From assembly GCF_009914755.1 (NCBI RefSeq), contig NC_060928.1: a stretch of DNA of 64,000 bases; one strand, given 5' to 3'. The position numbers were made by a program, and so were the translations under genes. The stretch comes from the human T2T-CHM13v2.0 reference genome, Homo sapiens. Under the pieces are notes generated by a model. It was not told the origin of the DNA, searched no databases, and was given only the letters and a program-made list of their open reading frames with translations. Numbering within the stretch: the stretch's first letter is position 1; each line of letters opens with the position of its first letter. Shown here one piece after another: positions 17,904 to 42,529 of the stretch.

Positions 17904-18899
17904 GTAATAATTATTATTTACCCCAATGTTAAGTTGTATTTTAAACGCTTTATTTCTATTTCTTATTTAGCCCTCACAGTATCTATGAATAACATAATCA
18001 TTTTACAGAGCTGGACAAATAACTTACTCAAATAGGTAGTAGGACTGGGATCAACAGGTCAGGGAAATGCCAGAAACCGAAAAGCTAAGAAATTTTCTAA
18101 GACTGAAGCTATCCTGTAAACATTTCCCTTTTGAATGCTTCTTGTTAAAAGACTCAGTGAAAAGTAGTATTGTAAGTCTCATGGTAATTGCGAGTAGTAA
18201 TTTCAAAAGTGATTTACAGAGAATAACAACAGTAATAAAAATGTTTACTTTTCCTTTCAAAGAAGTACAACTTCCTCTACACAGGGAAGGGCTGAACAGA
18301 GAAGAGGAAAAAGCAGGTGGGCAAAATGTTACACAACAGTGATTTTTAATTATGAGTCAACATGGCTTCTATGCCAGCATTAAACACAAGGCTAATCAGC
18401 TAGGAATCCAGGATAAAGAACCATGAGAGTAACTGGAAATTGTCTTTATTGCCGAAAGAAATGTTTACTTAAGGGAATTACTGGATCAGTAATCATTGAT
18501 TCGAATTCTCAAAGCAACGGTGGCTAATTACTAGCGAGACACGGGCACTGTGAAAGAGAAAACTGTCGACCTGTAATTGACATTTGTCGTATAAATTCTA
18601 AGCTGTTTGATTTAAAATGCACTCATGCGCACCCGCGGCACTAGAAAACCAGGGAATTAAAGTCAAAGCAAATACAGGATTTCAGTACAGCGCACAAGAC
18701 GGGAACAAAAGAGGTGGTGGAAGGAAGACACCCACCTTTGGTTTCTCACATAAAGAGCTCAATACTCAAAACAGTGAATCAACGGTTGAAGTTGCAGTGT
18801 GTGAAAGGCAAATGGTACAGTTTAATACCCGGGGGCAGGGAGGTGCTTTTTTAAAATTAGCTTTCGCCTCTTCTTCAACCCAGATCTTTGTGCCTTCGT

Positions 18900-20290
18900 G
18901 CTACCGATAAAGTTGGCGGTTACACGACAAAACGCCGCCAGGTATTTCGCCAGGTCTTCCACTTTTCAAGCACTAGACACACCTGACCGCCTTAGAGGGC
19001 CCAACGGGGGCGGGTAAGGAAGAGGCCCAGGGCCCGAGGGTCGGGAGGCAGTCAGCCCAGCCGGAGGGAAGCGGAAGGTGGGGAGTGGGAAGAGGAGGAC
19101 GCTGCCCCCTAGGGGAGCCGAGTCACAGGCTGGGGGCCGGGGCGGGAGGGGCTGGAGGAGGCGGCCGGTAGCGAGGCCGCGCCGTCGGGCGGGGCGGTCC
19201 CTCCAGCTGGCTTGGACCCTGGCGGGGCGGGCTGTGGGCCGAGCGGCGGAGCCCAGGCGCCAGCCCGTGGCCGAGAAGAAAGGTGGCGGTGGCGGCGGCG
19301 GCGCAGCGGACGGGACGGGGCGGCGGCTCCTCGCCCTGACCCTCTGCTCCCCCGCCCAGGCCCGGGCGCGAATCGGAGGCTGCGGCGAAGGAAGGAGTGA
19401 GCATGGCTGAGACCCCGCCGCCGCCCACCGCTGGTGCCGAAAGTTGCAGCGAGGAGCCGGCGAGGGGCGGGGAGTGGCGGCCGGAGGAGCCGCGCCGCGC
19501 TCCCGCCGGGGGCACGGACCGAGAGGGCGAGGCGGGGCCGCCGCCGGCCTCCCCCGCCGGGCAGTCGGAGCCCGACTCGCCGGTGGCCGCCCCCTTCTTC
19601 CTGCTGTACCCCGGCGATGGAGGCGCCGGCTTCGGAGTGCGCCCGCCGCCGCAGCAGCAGCGCTCCTGGAGGACCCCGCCGTCCCCCGGCTCACCGCTGC
19701 CCTTCCTGCTGCTGAGCTACCCGAGCGGCGGCGGCGGCAGCAGCGGCAGCGGCAAGCACCGTGAGTGGCGGAGGGGCATGGGGACGCCCGCGGGGAAGGG
19801 AGCATTCGGCTGGGGAGGGCCGGCCCGGCCCCCGCGGAGCTCCGCCTCCCGCGGGGTGACCCGAGCCGGGTGGCCGGGAGGCGGGGGCTTTAGGGGCTAC
19901 CCTCGGGAAGCTGTTCTCCCGAGGCGCCCGGTGAGGAGGCAGCGGGACGACCGCGGTTCGGGCGCCGGATTCTACCTCCGCGTCTCCCCAGGCCGCGGCT
20001 CCTGCCTGGCCTGGTCTCTCTCCCGTCTTGGGCTGGGCGCTGGTCTTCGCCGGCCTCCCACGTGCTTGGGCGGGGGCGAGAAGCGGCCTGCCTGCCCCCC
20101 TCCACCCGGGGCGCCCTGGCCCTGTCCCGGGTCCCGGGCTGGGAACCTTCCCCGAAGGAGTCTAAGAGGGGGCGGCGCCCGGAGACCCCGTGGCCCCTCT
20201 GACCCGCCTTTTTCGGGCTCCCGGCGCCGCGGCAGCTGAGTAGGTGTGGCTGCTGCGCCGCCGCCGCCGCCAGTGCGGCCTTAGTAATAC
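18900..20290 (+). promoter_or_regulatory. RUFY3: CpG island and distal promoter of RUFY3
   Basis: Very high GC and CpG, multiple GC boxes (GGGGCGG), GGC repeats, surrounding a coding first exon. Confidence 0.9.
19403..19760 (+). CDS. RUFY3: RUFY3 alternative coding exon 1a (MAETPPPPTAG...SGKH, 119 codons + 1 nt)
   Basis: AGCATGG strong Kozak; donor ACC|GTGAGT at 19760/19761; phase 1, same as exon 1b; matches my recollection of a long-N-terminus RUFY3 isoform. The 280-aa ORF in the track reads through this donor. Confidence 0.85.
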
Positions 20291-21643
20291 TAGTAACTAA
20301 TTTTTTACGAGCGTTCCTTCCATGCCGGTAAATATGACAGATCCGTCCCCCGGATTGGAAAGAGAAATCGGAGCGGTGCATGAGAAGACAAGAAGGGAAT
20401 GTGTGGCTTTGGAAGGCTACCTCCCAGGGTTATATCGGTTGTCGGGAAGAGGCCTCCACTTTTAAAGCCACTGGCACACGCGAGCGCTCTGAATGCAGCT
20501 GACCCACACTCCGTGCTGTATTTTTTATTAGTGAACTGTTTACTGTGCTGGCAAACGAGTAGGGCCCTAGAGTCGTCAATGAATATAAGGACTCTTAGAG
20601 GAATGTTAAATCTGATTTTCAAATACAAGCTCTTACAGTATGAAAATGTGGCTGACGATACAAGGCATGCTGTAAGCGCCAAATACTTTGCTGTATGAGT
20701 TCTGGAAAGGGAGACAGAAACTTGCCTGAAGCGATGAGGGAAGGACCTTTCCCACCATACACCCTATATTTTTAAAGCACAAGTACAAATCTTTTAGCTG
20801 CTCTGCCCTGCCAAGAAACCCTGACTCACCTTTTCTGCCCCGATCCATCTCCTAGGAAAAGATAATATTTATTGATTATTTCCTATGTGCATGTGTTGTG
20901 ATAATCATGGTTAATAAGTTTGTGTGCGCCAAACTGAATGCCACTTTTTCAGATGCGGAAGCTCGATTTATCCCAAGTAACAGCTTAAGAGAAGGAATGC
21001 AGTTGACCCAGATTGCTTTTCTGCTAAACCCATGCTCTTTAAATCTAACAAGAGATCCAAAACTGTGATGGTGGGTGACAGGTTAACAGGAAGGGTCTAT
21101 GTGATTCAGCTGGAGGTTGCCCAGTGTTCACACCTCCTTATTACTTACTGAGTAATAAGTCAGTGGGCAGACACTGACCATTGACTGTCTTAGTGAAGCC
21201 ATAGTTTGTGTGTTGGAGTGGTCTGCACTAATGTGCAGATGGATTGTCAGCTCATGGCAGAAGTGAGTCTTCCTATACAGAGGAGGCAAAGATAAGAATC
21301 TTCTCAAGGAGACTTTGCTTTTGTTTTCTGAGGAATCCTTCTACTTTGTACTTTAAACACCGCCTCTTTTTTTGTTTGCACCAAAAATGTTTTCTTTCTG
21401 TGTAATCTACATATTAAGCATGCTACTATAGAAAGAAGACTGTCATTTCTCTGTAACAGTTATGGTACAAGGTTTGATGTAGAGGAACTTTTCAACTATT
21501 GAACAGTATCAATTGTGGGAATTACCTGAATTTCAGTTGACTGGACTCCCTCATTGTTAAAGGTTATCTTTATGTTATTAATTATTGTAGAAAATAACAG
21601 TATTTTGTTACTCTTATCAGTTAATACTGTTGCTTAAGCATGA

Positions 21644-25764
<4,121 letters not shown>

Positions 25765-27480
25765 TAAACTTTGAAAAGGCAAAAGTACTTTATTGTGTTT
25801 TGTAAACATAGAGGCGTCTGCCCAGGCTGGAACATATGAGGGAAATGGTCAAACTTTCAGAACCCCAAAAGATTGGGCATGGTTACCTTCATACTAGTAG
25901 TTTTGGAAACAGCAGAGTGATGTGTGACTTTTTAAAACACAGATTTTCGGTATTTTCAATGTAGATCAGTGTCCTCATTTACCATTCTGTGATTCATAAA
26001 TCTGTTAGCCCTCTGCTCTTTTCCAACCCTGTTAAGAAGGCAGAGAGCCATTTTCTGATCCATTAAGTGCCTTTTGTCAAATAGTAGATAAAAAGCACCC
26101 ACCCACATACAAACCTCAGAAATGTAGCATCTTTCCAAGGATGTGTAACTGCCAGAGATCTGGAGTTTAGGTGTTCAGTGTCTTGGTGCAGTTGGCTCCT
26201 TCCACACACAGCTGACATGACCTTGGACCTCCTGAGCTACTGAGGGACAGGTAGCTGGGTCATGCCCCCGTTTCCTTCCTCACGACTAAACACTCTGCTT
26301 GCCTTCCTGATTCTGCCTTTGTGAGCAGGGCTCCCTGAACTCTCACAGTTTGTCTTCCCAGCCAATTCTCCCCTTCTTTTCTGCCACCACCTTTTTGTTG
26401 CACCTATTCTTCTGGCCTGGCATTATCAAAAAGTCAAATCACGCTTTTTATTGACAGAACAACAATTTCAGAATATCAGATGTAATCTTTGAGTCTTTCT
26501 TTGGTTGCTCCCCTTCTGATAATCATAGACTCATTCTTTGTAGACAGAGTTTTCTTTTTTCTTCCCATCTTAGTTTTATTCTGGACACTAGAGAGTCCTA
26601 AAAGGCTCTTCATTATATAACAATTTTTTTTTGTAGTTCTGAAACCCAAACAATTACCAATAAAAGATGTGACTGTAAGATAATACTACTACTAGTGGCC
26701 ACCATTTGTGGGATATTTTTGTGTGCCGTGCAGAGAGCTAGAAACTTCACATGTAATAGTACTTAGCACTTTTTTGAACTGAAGCCAGGGAATGAATTCA
26801 TATTCCTCAATAGTCAGCCTTCAAAGCGCATGTTCTTAATCACTGTACGTTCCCTCACCACCAAGGTCTTAAAGAAGCTGGTTTGAGTGGAGAGCAGTAA
26901 AGGTTGCTGGGTAGGAGGGATAGCAGAGGAAAGGTGGCAAAGAAAGCAACTTTGGGGACTAAAAGACAAGTATTGGCCTCAAAACATATTCACTTGACTA
27001 TATTCTGTCTTGTATCTTTTCCCTTTTTTAAAATTTTTCATAGAAATCTACATGTTTAAGAGGTAGGATTTTATCAAGAAGCTAAGAGACCATATTTTTC
27101 TAGTATGGGCTATAGATAGTAAAAAGTCTAGATGTATGATGATGGAAGTGTAGCAGAATAAACTGGATGAAATAATTTTTTTGTTGGCAATATTTTTCAA
27201 AATTCCTTAAATAATTAAAAGAACTAACTAAAAAATGGGCTGCCCCTTTATCATTGCACAATAGGCAACCTGTAGCCAACATAAATAAAAGTAGAATCCC
27301 ATTTTTGATGAATTTTACAGGACATCACACCTATTACATGTCTACTCAATCCTTACTAATTTTGAAACACACTCCCTACTTTGTGAAGTGGCTCAGGTTA
27401 TGAGCTGTAGAATTTGTTGTGGGAAGTCAGTAGCACACCGTAAGCATTAAAAAATTGGTTTGAAATTGTGTGAAAGGAAA

Positions 27481-27788
<308 letters not shown>

Positions 27789-28459
27789 AGGAAATGTTTT
27801 TAGAGTTACAAAGCAAAGCAGTGGTACTTGAGAAGGTAAGTAGCAATATGGCCATGCCCCCTACTGTATTTGAATAATTGTGAAAAGGTTCATAGTCTCC
27901 CTAAAACTTCTCAAGGCTGCTGGCCAAGGTGGCATTCCCTCTCTTTGCAAAGCCTTTTTTATCTGACATGCTCCCTACCGACCGGACAAGATACTCAGCT
28001 TTGTCAGAGGGAGTGGTGGGGCGGGGGTGGGAAAGTTTGGAAGAAAGGTGTGGGAACCTTATGATGTGTAGGAAAGGAGAGCCTGGCAGGCCAAGACAGC
28101 AAAAAGCAGGTGGAAAGCTGAAGTCGTTGTAGCATGTCGCCTTTTAGAGTGTGATTCTTCTAACTTCAGAGTCTGTTTAGGGACTCTCCACAGACATTTA
28201 TCTACTTCTGCTGTCTTTTTTATGAACTTAGGAAATCTGATCACTTGAGGTGAGAATGCTTGGTAAAATTCTGACCCATCTCTCTTCCTTCCTCAAAATC
28301 TGAGAGATACCACTGTAACCCTCTGCTCACATCTCCTTTTTACTTTCCTTTGCCTCTGTCCCATAAACGTTTATCCTTACTGACTTTCATTTTATGTGTT
28401 GATAGGGTTTTTCCAGAACTCTCAAAGGAGAAGCACTTATCATAGTGCAGTTATGGTGA

Positions 28460-28650
28460 CATTTACTTACTGCTTACTTTGTGCCAAGTGCCATGCTAAG
28501 CATTTAACTCCGAAATGGTTAATATTATTATCCCCATTTTGTTAATGTAGAAATGGGCACAGAGAAGTAACTTGCCAAGGTTACTCAGCAGCTAGGTGGT
28601 GGACCTAGGATTCACTGTGAGCATGCTGACTCCAGAGTCCACATGCTGTG
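28460..28650. mobile_element. MIR
   Basis: TGTGCCAAGTGCCATGCTAAGCATTT..TATTATTATCCCCATTTT..CTTGCCAAGGTTAC. Confidence 0.7.
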
Positions 28651-29765
28651 TCACACTCTTTCATCACCTCCCGTAACTGGAATCAGGTCCTAGATTAGAG
28701 GCACGTCTTCAGGCAACCAGCCCTCTGGTTCCATATTCTACTCACTAATGCCCTATTTACTAAAAATGAGTAAATTAATGAAACTCAAGAGTCACCAATC
28801 TGATAGAAAAAATGGTTGTATATGTAAAAAACGCTGAATAGGTCCATTTATAACAGACATTAAGACTTTCCTAAACACCTAAAATTGTCTGTTTCTTGTC
28901 TATTGCCTTGTTCTTTCTTCTGCATCCCTAGCATATGGGAGGTACCCTGTACATGTTGAGTGAATGAATCTGTTATGTACATGTAATGAAGCCAGTGTTA
29001 GACTGACCTGTTTGTTGGGGCATAAATATGGTTTGATTTTATAGAATTTGGGGGTTTTCACAATTGAAGTGAAACATGAGGGTGGAAAAATGCCATTGCA
29101 AGGCTATATACATATCTATACCAGCAAGTATCTATTGAGAGTCTGGTATTTGGTAGGTACTATTTTGAGTAGATACGTAAGAGGTATGCAAAATGCATAT
29201 TTCTTTGGTGGAGCTTCTGGTCTTTGTGGAGCTAGTTATTTAGTTTCATTTTACAACTGAGTAAATTGAGGCAAGAGGAGGATAAATTTCCCAAGGTCAC
29301 CTACTAAGTTTTTGATAGCTTTACGTCTGTGTAAATTATTGCCTACAGCCACTGAGCCATGAAATCAGTTTTACTTTTCAGGGTAGAGGTTATTTTTAAT
29401 CTTATGCTGGTTAATTTTAACAAGTGAAAAGATGATGCATTATAATACTCCTGGTAGTGTTTGTTTCTAACAAAGTAATGATAAATCAACTTTCTGAGTA
29501 TATCAGTTTATAGTTGTTGTCAACTTTGGTTAATATCTATAAAGTGACACTGAGCCTATGAAGTGTATAAACTTAAAATTGAAGAAATCTTGGAATCAGA
29601 GGTAGACATAATAGATTGTGGTTCTGGGAAAGGAGGTGGGAGGGTGTACTGGAGCATGTGAAATAATCATGATCATTGAGTTGAATAATCATATAATTTA
29701 ACAGAAACATCTGGGCTTTCCACCAATGTCATCATGATGATGATTCATCAAAGATACCCTTTCAT

Positions 29766-31342
<1,577 letters not shown>

Positions 31343-32323
31343 ATACGCATTGAGTGAAAGGCTTAGAAAGTTTTATAGAGCATGAAACACTTTCTATAAG
31401 AAAGTTGAAAAAAACTGAAACTAAACATATTGCTTAGACCTTCATATATTTGTGACAATATTTTTGAAATAAGATAATGATTTACACGAAATTCAGAAGG
31501 TTACCTTGAAATGAGAGGCAGGAGTTTAGAAGCAAGAAGGAGCACATAAGTACATATGTTGGTCCATTTCTCCAGTTGAGCAAGGGTTTCAGGGATATTG
31601 GTTATATTCTTTAAGGACTTAAAATTATACATTAAGTTTGCTATTTTTAAAAAGCGTACAATGCATCATTTTAGAAAGTGATTCCCCCCTTCATTTATCT
31701 TTTTCTATTTTGGAATTTATCAGGTGTTCTTAATGTGTCCAACTAGTATGTAAATGTGGAGGGAACTCAGAGACAGAGTGGTAGTAGGGTGAACCAAGTA
31801 CATAGTGGAAGCATTTTATCTACCCTTTGTGAGCCCATGACAGAAAAGTCCATACTGGGTTCTCAGTTTGTCAGAATGTGCCCACTTACTAAAAGCCTGA
31901 ACTTAATATGTAAGTTGGGGGGCCTAGAGGAAGGTATGGGTTGTGCAGCATTAAGGTGTAAAGTATGGAGGCTGATAAAAAAAATTTCTTCAAATCTTAA
32001 ATTTGTTGAAACTCATCTTTAGGAAATTTCATGAAGAGACTTTGCGTGTGTGTGTGTGTGTTTGTGTGTGTGTGTTTTAAATGTCTTTTTATTTTCTCTG
32101 AATAAAATTTAACATCCGGGGATGAGGAAGAGTTAGGATAGAGTGCTGAAGTTGCAGAGTGTAGAAGGAACATGGACTTTGGAGGTATCTAGACAGAAGT
32201 AGCTTGGAGTAACAGATCTGCTACTCGCTAATTGTGTGATTCTGGGCCAGTTACGTGGCTGAACTTTGGTTTCATTGTGTATAAAGAGAAGGTATCAATC
32301 TCTGTTTTGCAGTGCTTTTGTGA

Positions 32324-35792
<3,469 letters not shown>

Positions 35793-36299
35793 CGTATTTT
35801 ATGCTTAATACAGAAACTTGATAAATACAACAAAATCAAAAAGGGGGGAAATTGCCATTAATTGGGAAAGATTTTACTTTTTTAACTTGAAGTTTTTTTT
35901 TTGCATTTCTGCCTAACCTAAAAGGTCAGGTTTTTGTACCTTGGAGAAGGAAATTATAAATGCCCAAGAATAAGATATTTAAATTGAAAATCTACTTTAG
36001 CTTTTCTTTTTATCTTTTTGTTTTTTTTCCCTCTGAGAACCTCAATTTTTTATGCTTTAGCTTTTCTTAAAACATAACATTTAGCATAGTAAAGAATTTT
36101 AATAGCTATGTAGATAAGAATGAAAGAGGTGAATTATATGCTTGTTAAATTAATCTAACTGCCTCTTTTACCATCTTTACTATAGATTATTATCCGGTAT
36201 TAATTGTCATCCTTTTATTCAGTCCTTGATCCCAAAGTAAGAAGAATTGATGAGGATATGTGCATTGTGTTATGTCTGATCACAGTTTGACTAGCACAG

Positions 36300-37045
36300 T
36301 CTGGAAGTGGGTTGTACAGGATGAGAGAGAGAAGCCTAATTGCTCTCCCAGCATCAGCAGCATCTATAAAGCATCCTGGGAATTGCTTGCCCTACGTTCA
36401 GAGCAGCTGGTCACATGAGCCTGAATTTTCAGTTCAGTTCATTAGTCAGCCATTTTGGTCAACACCCTGCTTACTGCGCACGGCCAATCCTATGAGAACT
36501 CAGCATCCCAGCTCATCTGAGCAGATCCTGGAAGTGATTTCTGCAGCTCAGGATTTTTTTTTTAAGCTACATTGAAAATATAGGTTTATTTTTTGTTCAG
36601 GTTTTTCTTTTATATTTTTTTTCTGCACAAAGGAGGAGGATTTTTCACTTACTCATATCGAGGCCAGATTTTTAAAGCCAGCTAAGGCAGCATCAGCTGT
36701 GCGGGATTTAAAGCCTATAGCTCAGCTGAAAAAAAAGGTGGGGGGCAGGGAAGGGAAGATAAAAGGAGAGGAAGCTGGGAGAAGACAAGCATCATCTTAT
36801 TTTGCTATGTGGTAGGAACTGTCTATAAGATAGTGTAGAATTGTTTATCTTGAGCAGTTTGTTCTTAACCTATAAGGTATTTTTCCTTTTTTTTTTTTTT
36901 AAACCTCCCCCACCCTTTTCCTGAAAGCTTTGTTTCAGAGCTTTGTATTGGGTTTTTTTGGTGAGGAGGTTGTATTTATTTTTTTGGTGTGTGTGTGTGA
37001 GTGTGTGTGTGTCTGTGTGTGTGTTGTGGTCCCAGCTGAGTCATC
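36300..37045 (+). promoter_or_regulatory. RUFY3: CpG-poor internal promoter and long 5' UTR of RUFY3 exon 1b
   Basis: No interspersed repeats; CCAAT at about 36484, several CAGCTG/CATCTG E-boxes, TGAGTCA at 37037, U-rich and (GT)n tracts ahead of the ATG. TSS cannot be determined from sequence. Confidence 0.6.
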
Positions 37046-37223
37046 ATGTCTGCTCTGACGCCTCCGACCGATATGCCAACCCCCACCACTGACAAGATCA
37101 CACAGGCTGCCATGGAGACCATCTACCTTTGCAAATTCCGAGTGTCCATGGATGGAGAATGGCTCTGCCTGCGAGAGCTGGATGACATCTCACTTACACC
37201 TGACCCAGAGCCTACCCATGAAG
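37046..37223 (+). CDS. RUFY3: RUFY3 coding exon 1b (canonical N-terminus MSALTPPTDMPTPTTDKITQAAMETIYLCKFRVSMDGEWLCLRELDDISLTPDPEPTHE)
   Basis: Recognised RUFY3/RIPX/Singar1 N-terminus; donor AAG|GTATGG at 37223/37224; 178 nt, phase 1. The RUN-domain exons lie beyond the window. Confidence 0.95.
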
Positions 37224-39805
37224 GTATGGTCAGATCCTGTCCGCTAGTATTTCACCAGCATCCTCATTGTTATGGGGGAGGGCTGGGAGGATCAGGGAGA
37301 GGTAGAAAGAACCTACACTCTCAACTGTTAACAGTCCTGAAAACCTTGCATCCTTACTTACCACCCAGCTCCCCTTCTCTTGCTCATGGGGGAAAGATAA
37401 TTTTTTTTCTTGCCCCTTTAGGTATCCTTTCAAAAGATGCTGGATACTCGTTTAGAGTTCTTTGTCTTTAAGCCTCTAAATAAAACATTTGAGGTCACTT
37501 ATCACATCTGATTCTATTCAATAATGAGAAAGCTATTAATTTTGTTCATATATGAAAATGTTATAGAAATTGTAGTGATTTATAACACTAAGTTAAGACA
37601 ACATGACTATAATTATAGGATTGTACATGATGAATACAGTAGAAACACCAGGGTATTTGGTAATGGTATCCTCACCATTATATGAGGATACAATTTTAAG
37701 CAAGTTATGACATCTAGGAAATGTTTGATAAAACATTTTTTTAACAATATGGATTATTAGGTTAGATGAGAAAATAACTTTTCAGCATTTATTTATTGAA
37801 TATGGACTCCTAAGAAAGCATAATGCCTGGAAAGGTTAAATATGATTAATATGGCATCCCTATAGATTACAATAGAATGGTAATATTGGAATCTATTGGC
37901 CATTGCTTTTTATAAATTATTTGTGGTAACTATTATGATCCATTTGAGATTTCCACTGTCAGTACCTCTGAGATCTTTGTGGTCTCTTGACTTGCGACTT
38001 TTTTCCAGGACTCTTGCTAATTTATGAGAGGTTTTCTGCTTCTACCCTTTAATTCTCTTAATACCACAGAAAGAGAGCTGATTTGAATCATAGCTACAAA
38101 TCGTTTTGTTTTTAATACAGTTGCTTCTTAGCTAAGGTTTATTCTCTGTCCTTATACTGATGAAAAAAAACAAAAAACGCTTGCATATGAGGAGAAATTC
38201 TTTATAAACATCTGCCTGATAGTTAGGCACATCGACAGGACAAAGAAGACCATAGGTGAATTGTACCTAGCAGATGGGGTTAGGAAAGGTGATTCTCTGC
38301 CTTTGACCTTGAGTTGAAATCTTATCATGACTCAGAATTTTCCCATTGTGTTTGATAAGCATTTTATCTTCCCAGTCAGCCTTAGCCTTGAGAAAGTTTT
38401 AGGGATGGTTAATAACACAGAACACAAAGCAGTCATTTTGGGTGTGTCTTTAAGAACAATGTTTAAGTGGTTTTTAAGACCCTTTGCATCTTTTAACAAT
38501 TGGTTTGTTAATTAGACAGCTTTCTTTGGCTGTATGTTTCGTTATGTGCACAAGTTATAAGACATCAGCTGAAATTCCATGCAATGCCAGTACTATTTAT
38601 TTTTTATTATTATTTTATTCTATATTTTCATCAAAACATCGTTACATCCAACAATTCCAGTACTACTTAAAACAGCCTCCAAAGCTTTAAAAGTCTTTAG
38701 GGAAGAAAAATACAGTTTTAGAAGGCTACCAAGAAGTCTTCTGGCAACTGCCTCAGTTTACATATTTTGTTTGAAAAAAATGTATTCCCGTCCAATTTGA
38801 GAGTTATACAATATGAAATATTCCCTTTATCATGAAATCTAGTTTACCAGTGTCTCAAAAATAATTTTTAACAATTTTAACACCTCAAATATATGTTTTT
38901 GGAGCAGGATTCCTATGGATAAGCAAAAGTGAGCTGTTTGGTTCATGTAAGCGTTTTTAGCAGCGCCATTTGAATTCTTCATAGAGAAATCTGTAGCAAC
39001 ACATTTCTCAGTATGGAAAATGTGTGAGAGCTATAATCTAAGTAATAAATTGTATGTCTGCTGATTAAAGAAATCAGATAAATACAGAGTTTCCAAGACC
39101 TGTAATCAACTATAGAGGATTTGGAAGAAAATAGAGAAATGCCGACAGTGCATTTTAGAATTTTGCCTTAAATTGGGCAAGAAAGCTATTATTTTAAATT
39201 ACTAGAAATGAAAATAAAGAAAGCATAGTCCCATGAAAGCCTGTGAGTATTACTGCCTTGCTCCATTACCAAACTCTGGATATTTAAACAGTCATTTGGT
39301 CCCAAGAAATACCCACTTTTATGTTAATACCACTGATAGTTATTAGATTTAATTTAGCTATAAGCATTTAAGTGGTGGTCACCAGGCCCATGATTATGTG
39401 AATCTCACCTTGTTCACAAAATGGAACTCCTGATGTCTGGACGCGGGAGTATTCAGACTGCTTTCCGGGCTGATTCACAGAGGGAAAAACATCTGACCAC
39501 CCAAATCCTAGAGTGAAGTCTCCTCACTCCCACAAAAGAAAATAGGCAAACAGCATAATGTTCCCTCTTAAAATGATGTAGACTGACTGTGTGTACTCAG
39601 CAATAGAGGCTCTGTGGCTTCCATATTTTATTTTCTTAAAACCAGAGTTCCTGGCCCTTCACTGAGCAGTCCGCAGTATAGGCCTGGACCTAGAGTTTCT
39701 GCCTACTTTAACCCTTAAATAAATGAAAATAAAAGCATTCACTTCATTATCTCAATGCTTATTGGTGGTCAATGAGGGATTATCTCTCTTTTGTCTTATA
39801 TACTC

Positions 39806-41143
<1,338 letters not shown>

Positions 41144-41740
41144 CATTACTCTTTCAGTTGAGCCTTCTACCCGCCCCACAGAAGCATTAATCAGATTTAT
41201 ACTTTTCCAGATTACATATCCTGGCTTAAGTCTGTACCCTAATTTACATTAAGAGTTGGAATCCTCACATGGAAAGGCGGGGGTGAAGATAAAAGGAGTG
41301 AGACTTAAATGGACATTCAGAGATGTGAGAATGTGGCTTACTTTCTTACTTTGCTTGTGCCATGTCAGTGCTAGAGGAGCAGCCTTGTTTATAGAAAATT
41401 CATTTTGCATTTTCTTAATTTAGGGAAACATGTACCACCATTGAAATAACCTCTCAGACTTTTGTTTGTTTGTTTGTTTTACTTTGTGAAAGCGTAGTGG
41501 GATTTCTTTCCTTTTTTTTTTTTTTTTTTTTAACCGAAGCAATGTTGGAAGTAAGTGGAATTTCAAAGTAAAGGAACTTTTAAAGCACCATGAAAATTTT
41601 AGAGAACATGTGTTCTCTGTTTTTTTCAAGAATGGAAGCAGAACGCTTCAGTTAGACCTTTAAGCATCATTATATTAATTTCAGAAATGGTGTTATTACT
41701 GAGATGAAGTGGTATATTTTATTTTTGCGATTTTTTTTAA

Positions 41741-42291
<551 letters not shown>

Positions 42292-42529
42292 TCACCAATA
42301 CATGTTATGTATACGCATGTCCACATACGTGAAGGGCAGGGATAGTATTACCTTCAGTATTATTGAGTGTTTAACAACAAAACCAACTATAGCTATGACT
42401 CAGTTTATAACACGTTTACCCTTAATAAGTTTACCTAATTAGAAATGTATATGTTAATAAAAATTTTTACACTTTAAAGAGGATTTTTAAAGAATGAAAT
42501 CCTGACTCATTTGTTGTCTCAAGTGACTA

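Noticed and set aside
19761-20239. C-terminal part of the 280-aa ORF
   Set aside because: It lies past the GTGAGT donor and is intronic read-through
18966-20381. Long ORFs (279, 163, 130 and 110 aa) across the RUFY3 CpG island
   Set aside because: Stop-codon scarcity in GC-rich DNA; low-complexity Arg/Pro/Ala products
37224-37471. C-terminal part of the 141-aa ORF
   Set aside because: It lies past the AAG|GTATGG donor and is intronic
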